Below are positions 32,166 through 32,921 of a stretch of 32,921 bases of DNA, in pieces. The stretch is from Trypethelium eluteriae (lineage: Eukaryota), in NCBI GenBank assembly GCA_051942245.1, contig JAVECL010000249.1, positions 1 to 32,921 of the forward strand, read 5' to 3'. Numbering within the stretch: position 1 is the first letter of the stretch; each line of letters begins with the position of its first letter. The translations under genes were made by a program, and so were the position numbers. The notes under the pieces were generated by a model. That model made no database searches. It was given only the letters and a program-made list of their open reading frames with translations, and was not told the DNA's origin.

Positions 32166-32921
32166 AAACAATCAAGTCCGTCTGGACACAATTCCACGGA
32201 CGGCCTGTATGCCAGGATCACGCTTCTCTGGATAATGATGAAGCATCGCCGATGTTGAAGGGCGTTGGAGCCTAGAAGCAGGGATCGGAGTTTATATGAA
32301 CACATGATTGTGGACAAAACTACCATTATGGGAAGACATCATGGTTTGCTACGAAAAGCTTTGGAAGTTTACCATTGGCTGGTGCTAGATTCATGGTTCG
32401 TTATGGAGTACTGACCTCCGAGTCGGAGGAAGTTGATTCGAATGCGCGATACCCCGGGACGATTTCTCTGCGAATGATGGATTTATGACTTAATCTATAA
32501 CGGCAGCTATTTTGTCTGATTGCATGTAGATGTGTCACGATCACAGACAAATACTGTAAAATAATTACTAATGAAAGCATTTTGATGCCAGATGTTTTGC
32601 ATCTCTAATAAGCAATCCTCTACTTGGAATCTGTGTCCAGTGGCAAATGTAAAGCCTGAGAAGCAACCAGCCGTCGCTCCATTCCGCTATCCTCTAGACG
32701 CCAGACTGGCCAGTCAATAGACACCTCAGCGAAACTCCGCTTTGCAACCTCATTCTGTCCTGCTCTCTCCATATCCCGAGACGCCACTGTTTGACAGGCG
32801 CTTGCGCAAAGCCCTATCTCATGCCCTTTAGTAACCGTATCGCCGAACGTGCATACTCAGCCTAACGCCAAATCTTTTCTTCCATTCCCTCCCCTCTCAA
32901 CCCCCGTATTATCTCCTCCTC

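Overview
Intron-containing genomic DNA of a filamentous ascomycete (Pezizomycotina-type GT-AG introns with CTRAY branch sites). About 13 protein-coding genes can be reconstructed: the 3' end of an alpha/beta-hydrolase, a Cys-rich single-pass surface protein, complex I subunit ESSS/NDUFB11, a La-motif + DM15 (LARP1-type) RNA-binding protein, the H3K9 methyltransferase DIM-5/Clr4, Rrp1/Nop52, a PhyH-type Fe(II)/2OG dioxygenase convergent with a Zn2Cys6 transcription factor, an 82-aa four-exon Cys-tailed (CYSTM-like) microprotein missed by the ORF track, a divergent ZUFSP/Mug105-type C78 peptidase, a secreted M35-like metalloprotease frameshifted by an 11-bp duplication, a JMJD5/KDM8-like JmjC protein and a PTH11-like membrane protein. 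A 375-bp non-autonomous hAT-type fold-back element with 18-bp TIRs and an 8-bp TSD lies at 15046-15420. The most intriguing signal is the head-to-head pair of a ubiquitin-tail-cleaving C78 peptidase and a microprotein carrying a ubiquitin-like MSMRGG motif directly before a Gly-Cys-rich tail. This suggests an untested protease/precursor module. No tRNA, rRNA or CRISPR features were recognised. All assignments are by eye, without database searches.
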